DNA from: the human T2T-CHM13v2.0 reference genome, Homo sapiens
Direction: 5' to 3' (one strand)
NCBI RefSeq assembly: GCF_009914755.1
Contig: NC_060925.1
DNA: 64,000 bases
Shown: in pieces, positions 16,420 to 30,260 of the stretch
Layout: each line of letters starts with the position of its first letter
Numbering within the stretch: the first letter of the stretch is position 1
The notes under the pieces: model-generated
What the model was told of the DNA's origin: nothing
Database searches by the model: none
Seen by the model: only the letters and a program-made list of their open reading frames with translations
Program-made: the position numbers and the translations under genes

Positions 16420-18274
16420 GACCAAGTCCCCCAGAGCCACCAGGCAGCGCTCACACGTCACAATGAAAGGCTCAGGTGCTTCTGGCCGGGCTGAAAAGGG
16501 GGGAAAGCGAGGCCCATGGTAATACCCGGCGAGCAGGATGAACCCCTGAACACATCTTCCAAATGGGGTCTGGACTGTGGTCATGCCCATTGCAACCTGT
16601 CATCTGACAGGATGGGGACAAGGAAGCCACCTCCATGCTAAGTCAGGAGGTCCTGTTGGGACAGGACAACTTCCATTTCTTCTCTCCAGATAAGGGGAAA
16701 GCAAAAGGGCTTTATCTTTGGGGGCGTGGGGCAGGGATTTCTGCTGCCTCCCCTACATCGGAACCTCCCCCCACAATGAACATCAGCCACGGAGACGCGG
16801 GATTGGGAAGCAGGGCCAGAGAACCCCTTGATTTTCACCTGGGGGAATGTGGGTACGGGGAGGCGCCTATCATCTCCCTGCAGGAGGGAAGACACTGGGA
16901 AGTGGTAGGGAAAGATTTCTATCCGAGAGGGTACGTGGTGGAAGATCAGCCCGGGGTGGGGAGAGGACAGAGCGCTAATGAGCAGATTTCATAAACCACC
17001 CGAGTGAAAACAAAAACACAGACGTGCACATTGCCCAACTCCAGGGCTGTATGGAAAAGGAAAAAAAAAAAACAATAAAAAAATCCACATCTTAATACAA
17101 AAATCCTCCATGATGTGTTGTGGCACGAAAGTGTTTTTCGCTGCATTTTTCATCTGTGATCTCACACGGCCCACGACGGGTACGCCCAATGCAGCAGGTA
17201 TTCGACGGTACACAAACAGGGCAGACACATACACAATGAGCCAAAACAAGGGCGGCCAACATGCAGATCGGTCCAGGCTGGCATCTCACGGCTTCAGGTG
17301 ACCTCTGGCAACGGCCTCATTGGACCTGAACCTGGGACCCTTTAGATTTCTGAGGGAGAGAGAGATGGGGCAAGAACGCAGCTCAAGTGCAGAGGGCTCT
17401 GAATTCTCAGAACTCCCAGCCAGCTGCTTATGCGGCCTTTCCACACTTAAGGTACTGTCCACTGTCCTGCTGCCGGCAGGGGACAGGGAGGGGACCCGCA
17501 CCCCAGAGGCCCTTCCTCCGTATCACTCACCCCACAGTTACTATCTGTCTCCTTTCTGTTCCACCCCTCCCCCACTTTAATTGTTGGATGAGTTTACAGA
17601 GCTGTGTGCCAAAAACAATCAATTCCAGGGAACAGAGTTATACAAAAAAGGGCGTGTCGCCAGAGGGAGACGGATATCCATGGAAACCACCACCTTTTCA
17701 CAGCAGCCTAGGTGAAGCTTGGGTGAGGGGATGTGTGGGGGTTGGGGAGACATGCTCCACCCAGAACAGGGCCCCAGAAAATGCAGGGGCCACTGATGAT
17801 CTATCTGCAGGAACCAAATACCGTGCGGAGGGTCAGAAAGTGGAGTCAGTCACAAAACACACGTTCAGCACGTGCACACACACACACACACACACACATA
17901 TATGCCACTCCGCCAGATCACTGGGCAACATGCCACTGTGGTTAAGCACACAAACTCTGGAACCAGACTGCCCAGGTAGGAATCCAGGCTCTGCCACCCA
18001 CAAGCTGTGTGGCTCTAGGCTAACGACTTTAACCTTTCTGTGCCTCAGTTTCTCCATCAGTAAAATGGGGATAAAGATAGTTCCTCTGCGAACCGTCATG
18101 AGGATTAAATGGCTTCTTACGTGTAACATGCTGAGGAAAGTACCCTCGACCAAGTAGGTCCCCTAGAGCCACCAGACAGGGCTCAGATGTCACAACCAAA
18201 GCCTCAGGTGCTTCTGGCCGGGCTGAAAGGTGGGGGAAGGTGAAGCCTGTGGTAACACCCGGGTAACGAGCAGG
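16420..18274 (+). repeat. Dispersed imperfect direct repeat (16420-16537 and 18148-18274)
   Basis: Alignable over ~120 bp with an identical 26-bp core ctcaggtgcttctggccgggctgaaa. Confidence 0.9.
17930..18155. mobile_element. MIR
   Basis: ctgtgcctcagtttctccatcagtaaaatggggataa core. Confidence 0.8.
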
Positions 18275-18762
18275 TACTTCACAGCCCCACAAAGCAGGTG
18301 CTGTCAAGCATTTGATAAATCAATCACAAAGCCTAAACAAAGAGAAAGAAAGGTTTCTAGACCCTGCCACAGTAGAAGAGGAAAACGATACTAGTTCATG
18401 TTTATTAAGCATTGTGGGCTCAGGATTTTAATATATTAATGCATATAACCATCGCAAATTAATATCTATAACCTGCAATGAAGTAGATGGTTCTCTCAAC
18501 TGGCGAGTGGAGGGTTGAAGAACTGGGACCCACAGAGAGATGGGGCCCAGCCAAGGTCACACACTGGTACATGATTTAACCCCAACTGCCTGACACCTCC
18601 TCACAGCACTGCTTAGTAAGGTGGGTGGGGAGAAAGCGAGGGAGGGAAGGGCTTTCAGGAGCTTCTCTTTCTGGACTGGCCTTAGAGGCAGAGTGGTGGG
18701 ACCTAGACTCGCTCTTCCCAAACTTCAGAAGGAAAACAGAAATCCTCCGCGCCCGTTGACTG

Positions 18763-18893
18763 CTGATGGAAGGAACGAGGAGTGGGGAAAAGATGGGGCC
18801 CGGTCGTCCGCATTCCTCATGAGTTCCTGATGGGAGGAACGAGGAGTGGGGAAAAGATGGGGCCCGGTCGTCCACATTCCTCATGAGTTCCTG
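18763..18893. repeat. 64-bp tandem duplication (2 copies, 2 mismatches)
   Basis: Units begin at 18763 and 18827. Confidence 0.95.
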
Positions 18894-19798
18894 CCCCAGT
18901 CCTGGCCCAGGAGATCAGCGATGTCCTCTGACCCTTCCCTCTACCCAGGCAGGCATCTCCAGAATCAGGAAGTCCCTGGAGGGCAGGCAGCAGAGCTGGG
19001 GCCCCATCTCCCAGCAATGGAGGCCCAAAGCCTGGGACGGGTCCTATTTCCAGGTCACAGCCCTGTAAACAACCTGATTTTCCGCCTTCCCAGATCCTAG
19101 GCAGATCCCTGGAGGGGACAGGGCGGGGGCGATGGGAGCACAGGCTTCCCCTATTGCAAAGCCAGGCCCAGGGAGGCCGGGAAGCAGAGAGCCGGAGGAG
19201 TCAGCAGCTGCCTGCCCCGAGAGGTTTGGTCCACACCTGCTCGGAGACCAGGCTTGGTGGCTCAGCCCTTTCTGCCATCGACCACCCAAAGTCATTCAGA
19301 TATTTCCTCTCTCACTTGCTTTTTAAAAAAAATTTAATGTTCTCTATAATTCATCCATCGCAGAAGATAATCGATAGAGCCCGTAATGAAAATCTGAGCC
19401 ATATTTTATGACCCACTGCAAGCAGAAAGGGCCACATCAGCAGGTCCGGTTGCAGCTCCCTGTCTGTCTTGCCCACTGCCCCGGGGATCACTTCCCTCGC
19501 TGGCCCTGTCCACAGCCCTCGGCCCATGAGGAGGGCCACGACCCTGGCATCACCCCAGTCCCCCAACGCCCACTCCAACCCTAGTCACAGGAGGGTCACC
19601 CACCATTGCAAGGTCTTCCTGGAGCAGACCCCAGACCTGGGACCCCAGACTCCACCCTGGAATCTCACAAGTGTCTTGACTGAGTCAGGGGCCTTCCGGG
19701 AGCTGGAAGACCCTCACAAGGAGCGGGAGGCCTGCACAGGATTCAGGGAGCCAGGCCAGCCTCTACCATGGTGCTTCCCATGAGGCAGGCCACCCTGA

Positions 19799-20186
<388 letters not shown>

Positions 20187-20371
20187 CTATTGTTCATTTT
20201 TACTCCCTCAACCAAGGCCCTCCTCTCCCTGGACTCCAGCCTTCTGGGGTGAAGGGTGAGGAGGAGGCATCCTGGGGGACGGGCACCAGAGTGCTGGGGG
20301 GAGTGGCCCCTCCTGCCCAGCCAGAGCCCACTGTGGGGGAGGGGAAGCAGAGCCCTGGCATCACCACTGAG

Positions 20372-20484
20372 AGCCAATCAGCCGGCCGGGCTTGCTCCTC
20401 CCAGAATCCATCACTGCCTGGCACCAATCAGAGAGCACCACAGGGCAGGTGCCAGGAGGCAGAAACCGCTGGTGACCAATCAGA
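20372..20484. promoter_or_regulatory. Three regularly spaced CCAATCAG (NF-Y) boxes
   Basis: CCAAT at 20374, 20424, 20476 (spacing 50 and 52 bp). Confidence 0.45.
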
Positions 20485-20529
20485 GCCCAGAGGATGCACC
20501 AACCTCCCAGGAATGACAACTCAAGCCAA

Positions 20530-20895
<366 letters not shown>

Positions 20896-20951
20896 TTAGA
20901 AAAGTGGGGGAAGGTTCGGCGAGAACACTCCAGTGGCTGTGTGCTGGAGGA

Positions 20952-21092
20952 TGCTGTCCCACACAGCAGCCACTGGCCACATGCGGCTACTGAGCACTAG
21001 ACGTGGACAATGTGACTGAGGAACTGAATTTCCAATTTTCTTTTACTTTAATGAATGAAAGTTTAAAGAAGCTAGAGGCTTGGATAGCACAG
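20952..21092. mobile_element. MER3-type hAT-Charlie MITE
   Basis: gccactggccacatgcggctactgagcac...gactgaggaactgaattt. Confidence 0.7.
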
Positions 21093-21196
21093 GTTTAGAT
21101 AGATAACTCATCAGTGTAAAAAAGTTAAATGTCTATTATCCCAAGATAGTGGGAATAGTCATTATTAATGATAATAACAGAAACAGAAATAGTTAA

Positions 21197-21526
<330 letters not shown>

Positions 21527-21704
21527 TAAGTATTTTATATATGGATCATTACACTAAATCAAGGACCAGCCTGCAAGATCTACGCTATCAGTATTTCTAC
21601 TTGACAGATGGGGAAACTGAGGTTTGGAAACTGAGTAACTTATTCAAGGTGATACTGCTGGGTGGAAAACCAGGGATTATAACCAGGTATCTCTGTCTCC
21701 CTAA

Positions 21705-22109
<405 letters not shown>

Positions 22110-23326
22110 TAATCAAGGAGAAAAAATAGATTTTTAAAAAGGCCCTAAAAGGAGGTAATTCCTTTTTTCCCAGGAGCAGAGTGTACGGAGGGGTTGCTGG
22201 GGTCCCAGCCAACTGGGCCCCTAGCTGCGGGGTGGTGAAAGGAGCCAGCAGTGCGGTCACAGGCCCCCTCTGTCCTGCATGCTCCCACTGCCCAGATGCC
22301 CTGCACCTAGGAGCCCCGAGCCCACAGAAGATGCTGGGCCTGCAATTTTCCAGCAGCTAGGCCACCAGTGGGACCCAGCTTCCTCCCAGCCCCACCCCAT
22401 CAGTTCCTGACAGGTTTCTCTGCAGTTTTGCAATCATCACCTAGGTCTACATCTTAAAGAAGGCAGTAGGCCAGGGGGCCATCTGCAAAGTCAACCCATG
22501 CCTCTTTTACCTCGGATCACCCTTTCCCACTCCCTTCCAGAAGAGCCAGTGCTTTCAGGATAACGAGGAACACAGGGCCAGCAACCCAAGCCCCAGTCCC
22601 GCTGTCTGCCATGGCACGTGCAAGGAGAGACGTGCTTTTCCCAGGAGGGGCGGTCATTGCCCCCAAGCATCTCCTCCTGGGATTGCATCTAGGTTCAGAA
22701 CAAGGGGGACAAAGACAATTCCCTTGAAAGGTCAGAGATGAAGGCAGAAGCCCCAGCAAGTACTGAGCCCAGCTAGAAATGGAGGCAGGGAAAGTTCCCA
22801 GTTGCGCCTGCTTTTTCTCCATAGCGCCAAGCTGGGGGTGCGGGACAGGGAGCAACCGCCCCACTTGGTCTGGCTTCTATGGCAGCTTGTTTTTCCCTTG
22901 AGAGGCACAGATTGTTCTGGTTTCAGGCAGGTTGGGGAGGTGGGGGCGGGGGTGGCGGCAGGATAAATGTCCTTACTTAGAAGTTTTTATTATTATTATT
23001 ATTATGGATTTTTGGTTCCCTGCTGTCTGCAGTTCTGTGTCATTTCCAATCTACCTTCAGTTTCCCTTGGATTTATATATTTATTTTTTGGGGTTGGTTT
23101 CGGGTACTTCTAGTCTATCAAACAATCAGCCCTGTGAGGTACGCTGGGTGTTTCCAGAAATTACATCACAAAAAATCATGCAATTAAAGTGTAAGGGAAA
23201 AAAAACATAGCTGTTGCTTAATTTTGTATTTTAATTAGCGACTTATTGTAAACGTAGACTTTTAAAATGGAGGCACCTAAGCAAAGCCAGTAAACAAGTT
23301 TTTCTAATGAATTAATTTCACCTCTT

Positions 23327-23364
23327 TCCTCCTCCTCCTCCTCCTCCTCTTCCTCCTCCTCCTC
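23327..23364. repeat. (CCT)n microsatellite
   Basis: Directly visible. Confidence 0.9.
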
Positions 23365-26300
23365 ACCAGCCCAACTGTCACCCTCCAGATTTTCTCTGTC
23401 CCCTTATTTTCTATTCCACTTCTTGATCTTTGCCAAACACATATGAGAAAAAGAACACCCCTGAAATAAAATTGGGGATGCTGGCACCCAGGACTCCCCC
23501 TGGAACCCGCTTCCAGCCTTGATGGTGAGGATGCTGACTGAGGACCCGGCATGAAGTTGGCTGCTGCAGCCCCTTGTCCCGTCCCAGCCCAGTTAGCTGC
23601 TGCCAAGCCCCTCTCGGCCGGCCCCCAGGGAACTCCCCACTCCTGTCTGTGCCCTGATCTCAGCAAAAGACAGAGACAAACCGGGAGCGGCACTGACTGC
23701 CAAGGCAACAGTGAGAGGGTGGAGCCACGTGACACCTGGGGGGAGCCTGCAGGAACAAGGTGAGGAGACCTGGAGAGAAAGGAAGGCTTGGGCTGTTGTG
23801 AAACCTAAGACACCTCTGGTTGCCTGGAGGAAGGAGGAGAAGGGGCATGGGTGGGAGAAAGAAGAGGCAGTCTGGAGCTAGGGAGAGAGAAGCCGAAATT
23901 AGAAGGGTCTGCCCAGGCCACATTGCAGCTAGGAGAAAGAACACATCCATCAGTCCCAGGCACCCCCAGAGGGCTAGACCCAGGCCGCCACCATTGGCCA
24001 CATGCCCCCATTGGTCTAGAGTTCTGCTCCTTCCCCCATAGAAACTTCCCAGCTTCAGGAGAGGAAGCAGATTGGCCTCTTTCAGCCTTGTTTCTGCGGG
24101 GGAAGGCTGAGGATCAGGAGCAGGGTGTCCCTGCTCTCTGCCTAGTCCTGCCATCCTGGAAAGGGCAGACACATATCCAGATATTCTACCACATGGAAGA
24201 CTCTGGGAAGCTGTCTCTGCCACACATGAAGAATGGATACCACTGGGTGTCTCCAAGTCCCTGTTCACTGGAGGAGCATGCAGGCCCTCCTGTGACCCCA
24301 GAAGCTCGGCCAGTTTAACGAGGGCAGGGTGTCCACCTGAGTGCCAGACAGGTGCATGGCTCCTCCCTAAAGCTGTCATCTCCTAAGCCAATGCAGAGAC
24401 ACCATAAAGGAACAGGTTTGCTTCACAGACTCTCTCCCAGGGCAGAACCCCACGCTGGCCACTTTTACTTTGAGCATGAAGAGCTGTATGGGTGGGCTCA
24501 GTAAGGGCTGCTCCTGGCCTGCTCCCTCCCACCTCCTCCCCCTCGCCTCTGACTTGAAGCCCAATCTGGGACCTCCGCCTGCCATGACAGCAGGTGGCCC
24601 CATGACCACATGGTGGAGGATGGGGGCTCCCGAAGGCTCTAGAACACCTGGTGGCAGAATCCTGGCCCCCACTCACTAAGATTCCCAAGGAAAGGAAGGA
24701 GGGGAGGAAGGAAGGACCACAGAGAGGAAGGGGCTGGGTGCCCGTGTCATCGAGCACCGGTGGGAACCCAGACCCAAGCCCACGACAGATCCTGCTGGGT
24801 ACAGCTTCAATCAGAAAGGAAAGCTCTCATCAAACATAGGGTGGGCAGGGATGTGGGCACTGAGATTAGGGATTTGGAAAACCATCTGAGGAACCTGGCC
24901 CTGGGAAGACAGCAGCAGGATTTAATACCTTATCCCAGCTGTCTGGTAAACACCCTGAACCATCCCCACACTCCGTTAGGCAGCCTCGGATCTTCAGGTG
25001 TGCCGGCTACGGGCAGGTAGAGACAGACGTGGGCAGAGACAGGAAGGGAGGGAGTGTGGGCTGGGGGAGGGGGCGGGGGTGGAGCTGGCCTGGGAGGGAT
25101 TGGATGGGTGGCAGCCAAGCCAGACAGTCAGCGAGACAGCTGACAGGTGCAGGACAGTGGGACCCGGGAAGGAAATGGGCGAGCGGGGGTTCCGAATCCT
25201 CAGGGGTCTCACGCACCCCGGGGACTGAACATGGTGAGGGGAAGGGTCAAAGTCTTGGGGGCAGAAGGCCTCGGCCTTCTAGCTTCTCAGCATACTTGGC
25301 CGGGGGAACGCATGGACCAGGCAACAGGCTCCCCCAAACCAAGCAGGACAAGGCAGCAGGTGGGGGTTCCAGCTTCCAGGGCCTGCTGTGGTCAGACCAG
25401 ACAGCAGTCTGTGTGTGTGCTTGTGAGGTACCCTGTCCCCAGCTCACACACACACATCCTATGCCAAAAAGAAAACCAAAGCACTCAAAATGGAGCGTCC
25501 TTCTAGTCTGGGCTGGGGCTGATATGCGCTGAGAAGAGGCCGCAGGGTGGGAGCAGCCCTGTCGCTGCTCAGAGGGGCCTCACCTCTCCAGAGATGGGTT
25601 GGGGAGAGTTCAGAGCAGACGAGTAGACAAAGAAGTGTCTGAAGGTCCTGGCAGCTCCCTGTGGTGGTCCGGAGCAAACCTCCTTAACTCTGATCCCAGC
25701 ACAGAGGTGGGACCTGAGGGAGTGGGCAGGTGCCTGCACAGAGGCCAGGTGCTCCTGGGGTCCTCCACCGCCAGGCCCACAAGGGGCACTGCACTAATCC
25801 TCTTTTCCCATTTCCGTCTGCTTGTGGATGTAATTAGAGTTTTGGGTGGAAATCCACCCGGAGTGCACCCTCCCACCTGACACCGTCGCTAAATCCTTGG
25901 ATACACACGGTATATCTCCTGACTCTCGGAGAATCGGGAACCATTTCAAAAGCTAAACAATCTACCCCTTTTAAATGTTCTCAACTCTGACTGCTTTCGG
26001 CAGCACACTGTCAAATCTGCCCTGGCCTTGGCCAGGGCCAAGTTCAGGGCCTCCCTCTCTGTCCCTGAGATTAGGGATTTGGAAAAAGTCCCACCACCAG
26101 GGCCTCCTGTGTAGTCTACAGAGGAAAAGAAGAGGTTGCTGGCCTGTTGCGGGGCTGGGTTTAGAGTCCTTTGCCTTCTGCACATTCCTTAAGCCCCGTG
26201 ATCCCAAGAAATCCCATCCATAGCCCCCCGATCCAAAAGGATCACCAGGAGATCCAGATGGAGCATTTTTCTGCTCTATTAACAACCACACAGAGCTCTG

Positions 26301-26880
26301 GCCCCACTGCTGGAGACTGGCCTGACTCTTGGGTATCTCCCACCACCTGAGTCAACGCGGACCCCTCTCTTCCCCAAGTGTGACCCTGTAGGCCTAGAGG
26401 AACCACCAGGAGAGGCTGGAGGCTTGAGCCCTCCCTCCTCTGTCCCAGCGCCAAGTTCCCTGCAACCCACAAGCACAGTCCTGACACTCAGAGCTCCCGC
26501 GGTCTTACAGACAAGGGAATGAATCCCCACGTGTCTCCTGCAACCATCTCTGTTCCAGCTTCTCTTCCAGACTCCTCCAGTCTCTCTACTCTGGCCCTGC
26601 CAGAATCAACAGTTTAAATCTCTGCATTAAACACACACACACAACACCCCAACAAGGGAGACAGAATACACCGAGAAAACCTCACCAGACCTAGGGTTGG
26701 GGCTGGAAACCGGCGACACTGGCTCACCATTTCCCCCGCACCAGGCAGTCGGCCAGAAAACCCTGGGCAATACACACGGCAGACTCCGCCAGACATTAGA
26801 ACACTTGTTCGGTTCCCTACCCTTTGGAAGCCAGGCCCCCAGTGCATCGCTTTGGGCCATTGCTGCCGATAATTTTTCAG

Positions 26881-26899
26881 AGATAAACAAACCGGTTTG
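26881..26899. promoter_or_regulatory. Composite GATA / forkhead / GRHL motif
   Basis: AGATAA, TAAACA and palindrome CAAACCGGTTTG overlapping in 19 bp. Confidence 0.4.
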
Positions 26900-29256
26900 G
26901 ATAAAACAAGATCCAACCTGAATTCTTCACCCAAAACTCAAAATGAAACTCTCCTATCACCCCTTTCATTCCCTTCTCCGCCTACCTATAACCATCATCC
27001 AGTTCCCTCAGGTTCAGACGACTTGATTTTTTTTTTTCTTTTAAAAATTCAGTTCTCTAGCTTTTGGATTCATGGACACTACAATGTCTGGGACCATTCG
27101 GCTCAATGTGAAGGCATGCGGGGGGATTGAGAAAGTCCCGGCCAAGTTTCTCCAGGATGCCTGGGTTGGAAGGGAGAGGGAGAAGGTGGGACCTCAGCTG
27201 GGCTGGTTTCTGGCCTAGGTCTTTTTCCCTGGTTCCTTTTTGGCTCAAAGTCTCTCCTCCATGCTCCGATGATCTCTTCAATCTTCAGCCCCTTTCAAGG
27301 GGACGGGTGTGAACGGGAGCAGAGCAGTTGGTCTACCTGCCCTCTCTAGGCACAGAGGGTAGGGTTGCTCAGTTACCCTTAGGGGTTCACCAGGTTAATA
27401 GAGGCCCGATGTCAGGACAAGAAGGAGGCCAAAGGGCCGAGAGGAAAGATGAAGCCCTGAGGTCTGTGGCCACGTGTGTCTCTCTGCCAGCTCTGTGTGT
27501 GACATGCCCTCCTACACCTAGACTCATTCATGCCTGACACACTCTCAACCAGCACCCCGTCCCACCCAATCAGGCCCCCAAGTACCCTCCCGCTGCAGCC
27601 TCTCCGTGTGATACTGTCTGCTTTCTGCCCTGAGCTCGTCTGGAACCTCTGTCAGGGCTCCCGCCTCCCAAGTCCCCATCAGTGGGGTCTGCTCGGTCCC
27701 TGTAGCTAATTTACACCCGTCAGGGTTTAAAATAGCAGAGGCATAAATGAAAAGTCCAATTTCTTCAAATTTGCATTGTAAAACCATCCTTCAACTTCCT
27801 TGAAATAAATTTTACTATTTTATTAGTGCAAACAAAATGGTAATAAAACACTAATACAGCGTCTTGTATCCAGGGGAAGAGCTAAAATTAACATAGAGCG
27901 AGCAGTGTTTGCTATTACATTCAATTACCTTTTTACTTGAGATTTACATTCTCATCCCCTTAATCTCCATAGTAGTGGCTTCAAAATCATTCCTCCCAGG
28001 CTCTGCCCTTCCCAAGCCCCCACAGCTGGAAGCCAGGCCTCCTGCCCAGATGGCGCTCACCCCGGGCATGGAGCCTGCCCCTTTCTCCACAGCTGCCTCT
28101 TGTCACAGGGTACCACTTCTCTCCCCTGCTTGTAATTGTCTCACGTCTTGGCCTCTCAGTACTCGGCAAGTTCACACCAGAGGGCTCTGACACGAGACAC
28201 ATCCAGACAGGCAGTGATCGATAAGCAGGTGCATGGGGCATGGGTTGGGGGCACTGCCCACCGAGCCTGCAAAGGCTCTCCCTGGTACCAGCTAGGGGCG
28301 GGAGCTCCTGGGAGTCCTGGGGAAACTGGCATCTCTGGTTTGACAGGTTGTGGGAGAGGGTTGGCTGCATGGCACAGCTGCGGACTCCAGACGGTGGCAA
28401 GAAGCTCCAGCCATCCTGAAGTAGGAAGGGGTGACGGCTCTATGGGGGCCAACCCTCTTGCTCATCTTGGGAGGTGGCTGCTTGCCAGCGATGGAGATGG
28501 GGCTAGAACCACCTCACCTTCTCACCATCCAGTGCTCTTTCTTCAACAGAAGCAGTCCCTAAAACCAGTCACCCCCAAACACAGCCCCACCATCTGATCC
28601 CCTAGGAGGGTCCCTTTACTTCCTGCAACTGGAGGAAGCATCATTCCATGTCTGGAACCGGCCAGCCTCACCCTGAGCCAGTGGGGAAGATGACCGTGTT
28701 TCCAAATGGCTCAAATACTGGGTCCTAGTTCCAGATCTGTCACTGACTAGCTGTAGGGCCTGCGGCACGAAGCAACCTCCCTCTGGGCCTCAGTTTCCCC
28801 ACCTGTAAACCAGGACAATAACCTGTGAGCTGCCTTCTTCACAGGAAGGGTCATAATGATGGAACGATCACACAGGTGTCTCTGAGCCCACCCGAGCCTC
28901 GGAAGCTCAGCTGGGAATCTGTTCCTGAGGACAGGACAAGGACCGCAGGGTTGGGACCCCTATGAGGACCACGGAGAGGGGCGTCCGAGTCCTGGGCCAG
29001 GCCACCTCTGACCTCTGTGACTTCACCCTTCACCCACAAGCCTCCTTTCTCTTATTGGTCAAACCACCGCATCATTCCCACAAAATCCTCTGAGCTCATG
29101 CGGAAGGAAGAATTGCCATTCAGCCCCGGATCCGGCCAGAGCACAGTCTCACTCAGGGTAGGCCTGGGGCAGGGGACCAAGTGATACGCGAAAAACAGAC
29201 GGAAGACCCCGTTAATTTTACTCTGCCCGGCTACTACAACGAGGGGGAAAGAAGCG

Positions 29257-30260
29257 ACACACAAAAACACAACCACACACACAAACACAATCTCATACAC
29301 AACCACTTACACTCATTTTCACACACAACCACACACCATCTCACACACAATCTCACACACACCATCTCATACAAAATCACACACAAAACCACATACCACG
29401 TTACAATCACACACAATCCCATACACACCCACTCACATAATCCACATAAAATCACACACAATCTTATATACAGCCACTGACACAATCCCACAACCACACA
29501 CAATCTCACACACTCTCATATACAATGACTCACGATCTCACACAATCACACAATTTCACACAAAATCTCACACACAGGCACACACAGTCTTCCACACCAT
29601 TTCACACTATGTCACAACCACATACAATCTCATACGCAATCGCATACACAATCTCATACAGTCTCATATACACTCACTCATACAATCTCACACACAATCA
29701 CACACAATCATACAATTTCACGCAAAATCTCACACACACAATCTCATAGTCACACCATCTCACACAATCTCACAATCACAATTTCACACAAAATCTCAAA
29801 CACAAGCACAATCTCATACTCCATCTCACACTATCTCACAATCTCGCACACAATCAGACACACTCTCACACACAACCACAATCACAATCTCATACACAAT
29901 CACACAATCTCACACAGCATCTCCCACAAAAATCTCACAATCTCACACAATTCCACACAAAATGTCACACACAAGCACACACTCTCACACAACCACACAC
30001 AATCTCACACTTCACCTCACACAATCTCATAAACAATCTCATACATGATCACTCATACAATCTCAGACACAATCTTACAATCACACACAACCACACACAT
30101 CCTCATACAATCTCATACAGAATCACACAATCTCACATAGTCTCACAATCACAGTCTCAAACACAGTCACTCACACAATCTCAGACACGATCACACGCAA
30201 AACGATTTACACACGAACACAATCTCACACACACAAAACAACATATGATCTCACACACAC
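29257..30260. repeat. ~1-kb degenerate CA-rich (cacacaatct-like) repeat
   Basis: Plus strand very G-poor; recurrent cacaatctcaca. Confidence 0.95.

Noticed and set aside
17100-17300. Possible miRNA or snoRNA
   Set aside because: No long stem-loop, box motifs or mature sequence I recognise.
17387-18157. 256 aa ORF
   Set aside because: Runs through a (CA)n repeat and a MIR; antisense to the gene.
29257-30260. Repeat array as CRISPR-like or His/Thr-rich CDS
   Set aside because: Eukaryotic low-complexity repeat with no repeat-spacer structure.
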